In this document: positions 60,603 to 64,000 of the stretch, piece after piece | Numbering within the stretch: position 1 is the first letter of the stretch | Layout of the letters: each line of letters opens with the position of its first letter | Assembly (NCBI GenBank): GCA_964016885.1 | Contig: OZ024753.1 | Coordinates: forward strand, 9,052,001-9,116,000 | Length of the DNA stretch: 64,000 nucleotides | Source of the DNA: Eledone cirrhosa | Lineage: Eukaryota | Reading direction: 5' to 3' | Notes under the pieces: generated by a model | Seen by the model: only the letters and a program-made list of their open reading frames with translations | Told to the model about the DNA's origin: nothing | The model's database searches: none | Position numbers and translations under genes: made by a program

Positions 60603-61985
60603 ATATATATATATGCACATATATGCCCCCATGAAAAATGAATATAAAAGGGTGAAGCTGATGACAATGATGATGATATTGACATGTTTGAGGGGTGGGG
60701 TGAAATATTTGTCATCAATGCTTACAAAACAAGTCTTTCTTTTCTTTTCTTGTTTACTTCAATGTTTTATTGTACAAGTCATACCATATATAGTAGGCAA
60801 AGTCTTTGTTTATTTTCATTGAGAAATCCTTATTGCTTACTGTAAAACTTCACCTATTCATAATGAGAAGAATAAGAAGGCTCCATCCAACAAAGAAAAA
60901 AAACAACAAAATTGAAACAAAGAAAAAAACAACAAAATTGAAACAAAAAAAAGATTTCAATAATATTAAATTCCCTAGCGTATATATATATATATGTGTG
61001 TGTGTGTGTATGTATGTCTCTCTCTCTATATATATATATGTATGCGTGTATATATATGTATATATGTTTGTATATATATATATATATGTATGTATATATA
61101 TATATATGTATATATAGAAAGAGGAGTAAGTGGTGTTAAAAAATGTCTATGCATTAAATTTATGATATTATGCCAAAATCTCTAACATTTCCAAGACAAC
61201 TGCTATGCACATATATTTGAATGATAAAAGGAGGCAAATCTTCAAAGACAAGTCATGTGATCTTGTTTTATTCAAGTACAATTATAATTTACTGCAACTG
61301 ATGTAGTTAACTACACATGTATCAACTTTTTATTGCCTTATTAGCTTGCAATGACAAAGATAACTGCCTTCATTTAAATCATTGAAAAAAAATTTTATCT
61401 TTTTATATAGAATTTTTTTGGGGGGTATTTCAAAATTTTACTATCTTTTTTATTTATGTTTTTGAGCTCTTTTATTTAAATATTTTCCTATGTTTTTTCT
61501 TTTTAAAGATTTTCGGGTCTTTTATTTAGATATTTTTTAAAATCTTTTTTTAAAAGTGTTTTGACCTTTTATTTAAAGTTTTTCCCTCTCAAAGATAGAA
61601 GTTTAAATGAATAGATACTGATAATAACAAACCTAGATACATTCACTCATAGATCAGACTTCAAATGTTGAGAAATAATCATAAGAAAAAAAAAAGAATT
61701 AATATTTAATATTATTGTATATATGTAAAAATTATTAGTTTACTATATATCTCTCTCTCTATATATACACGTATATATATATATAATCATTATCATCGAT
61801 TAACATCTATCTTCCATGCTAGCATGGGTTAGACAGCAAGTTGGGTTGGGTGACTATGTCTCACTCATATAGGAGAGTTTCTGGCTGCATGCCCTTCCTA
61901 ATGCCAACCACATTTACAGTGTGTGCAGGGTACTTGTTGTTGTGACACCTACACAGTATATATATATATATATATATATATATAA

Positions 61986-62421
61986 TGGAAGCACATGGCT
62001 TAGTGGTTAGAGCATTGGCCTTGCAATCGAAAGGTTGTGAGTTCAATTCTCAGACCGAGTGATGTGTTGTTTCCTTGAGCAAGACACTTTGTTTCACATT
62101 GCTCCAGTTTACTCAGCTGTAGAAATGAGATGATAGGGACTGGGGTCCCTATGATTCCACTGCAAAGTGGTCGTGGAGGTACCACAGCAAAAAAAGCACC
62201 CAGCACTCACTGTAAAGTGGACGTGTAGGCGCCACAGCAAAAAAGCACCCAGCACTCACTGTAAAGTGGACGTGTAGGCGCCACAGCAAAAAAGCAACCA
62301 GCACTCACTGTAAATGAGGTTGGTGTTAGGAAGGGCATCCAGCTGTAGAAATCAAACCATAATTAGTTCCCGTCCCACCCTTGCAAGCAGGGAAAAGCGG
62401 ACGTAAAATGATGATGATGAT
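61986..62421 (+). mobile_element. CORE-like SINE with internal ~49 bp tandem repeats
   Basis: CCACAGCAAAAAAGCA(C/A)CCAGCACTCACTGTAAA present three times. Confidence 0.9.
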
Positions 62422-62864
62422 GCGAGAAAAGCTACAAACCTTCCATCTCAACTCTACTTTTGAAAAGCAGAAGAACTGCGAAACCGGTAAAGGAACCAGA
62501 TAAATATATAATTTTTAAAAAAAAAGACTCAAGTTGCATTTTCGATTTCATCTTTTTTCCTTCTACTTTCACTCGTGTAGGACACCTCGTTTTTTTTATT
62601 TTTGTAAAAAAACCCTCACTTTCTAATAATGTTTATATATATATATATATACATACATATAATATATATATACACACATACAATATATATATATATATGA
62701 ATAAAGAGAAAGAGAGAGTTAGTTCTATAAATTAGCAAACCATACTCAAGGACGTTTCACCAAATGGATTTTTAACTCGTGTATGGCTGGGATATATATA
62801 TATGTGTATGTGCGTGTGTGTGTGTATGTGTATGTGTGTGTGTGTGTGTTTATGCATGTATGTA

Positions 62865-63200
62865 TGTATGTAAAAGGTAAACAGAAATAGCAAAAATAAC
62901 AAAACAAACGGCACAGTAAATGGAAGAAATATATTAGTTTAATGCTTGAAATAGCAGGAGAGTCTTAATGTTTTGGACACTAGACCTTCATCTGAAGATA
63001 GAGTTAGAAATAGAAGATAAATAGAAAGTAAAGCGTGATTGATATATATATATCTATCTATGCAAAAATTAGACAGAAATAACAAAGCAGACAACACAGT
63101 ACAATGGATAAATAGATTAGTTTTATGCTTGATATAACATGGAAAGTGTCTTCAAGTTTCTAATGTTAGTCCTTCATCAGAAAATAGAATGAGAAATTAA
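62865..63200 (-). mobile_element. Two decayed copies of the hammerhead-bearing element seen at 17395-17540
   Basis: TGTAAAAGGTAAACAGAAATA...CCTTCATC(T/A)GAA; degenerate CTGATGAAGG...AAAC cores on the minus strand. Confidence 0.65.
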
Positions 63201-63367
63201 AGAAGAAAAGCAAAGGCAGACGAGAATGAGCAGAGGCAAAAACAGAAAAAAATTTCTTGAAGAAAAAGTAGATCCTTTCTGGTCGTCAGGTCCTGGAAAC
63301 CTGTTGAATTCAGCATCTTCATATAAAGATTTTAGTTGCCCATCTTTTGAAAGGCTATATATACTAT

Positions 63368-63928
63368 ATCATCATCATCATCATCATCAATGTTTAACGT
63401 CAGTGTTCCACGCTTGCATGGGTTTGGACGGGGGTTTTCCCACTTGAGGCAAGAGTGGTTGTCTTGCTCGCATAGGACTGTCTGGCGGGTTTTCTACAGT
63501 TGGATGCTCTTCCTAACACCAACCACATTTACAGTGTGGGGCTGGGAGGTTTTTACCATGTTGCCTACACGGCCACATTACAGCGTGGACTGTCTGGCGG
63601 GTTTTCTATGGCTGGATGCCCTTCCGAACACCAACCACATTTACAGTGTAGGGCTGGGAGGTTTTTACCATGTTGCCTACACGGCCACATTACAGCGTGG
63701 ACTGTCTGGCGGGTTTTCTACGGCTGGATGCCCTTCCTAACACCAACCACATTTACAGTGTGGGGCTGGGAGGTTTTTTCCATGTTGCCTACATGGCCAC
63801 ATTACAGCGTGGACTGTCTGGCGGGTTTTCTACGGCTGGATGCCCTTCCTAACACCAACGACATTTACAGTGTGGGGCTGGGAGGTTTATACCGTGTTGC
63901 CTACACGGCCACATTACAGCGTGAACTG
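63368..63928 (-). repeat. RTE-tailed retroposon with four tandem 112 bp units
   Basis: Same element as 45248-45915, with locus-specific variants. Confidence 0.9.
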
Positions 63929-64000
63929 TGTGTTTTTATATATATATATACACACTTATACATATATATATAGATGTATTTATGTATTTGTGTTTGTATG

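Overview
AT-rich eukaryotic non-coding DNA made almost entirely of repeats. The SINE types (CORE-like and Nin/Deu-like), RTE and CR1 LINE tails and TA microsatellites suggest a mollusc, probably an octopod cephalopod (inference). I found no confident intact host gene, only one candidate minus-strand exon at about 15.63-15.80 kb. The long ORFs in the track are mostly tandem-repeat artefacts. The real coding remnants are two opposed, decayed CRE-clade RLE retrotransposons, an internally deleted Helitron (PIF1 helicase), a 5'-truncated RTE LINE, and HERO, CR1 and RTE fragments. Notable structure: (1) a ~26 kb shuffled inverted-duplication domain (18.4-44.9 kb) centred on (2) a 5.6 kb foldback-like element with hairpin-capped ~380-400 bp TIRs and four internal satellite arrays; (3) at least six type-I hammerhead ribozyme motifs in TA-flanked, Penelope-like non-coding elements, two of them with SINE insertions whose TSD overlaps the core; (4) a spacer-less SINE palindrome, SINE-derived tandem arrays and a twin-priming-like RTE inversion. 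All coordinates and alignments were read by eye and are approximate unless termini are quoted.
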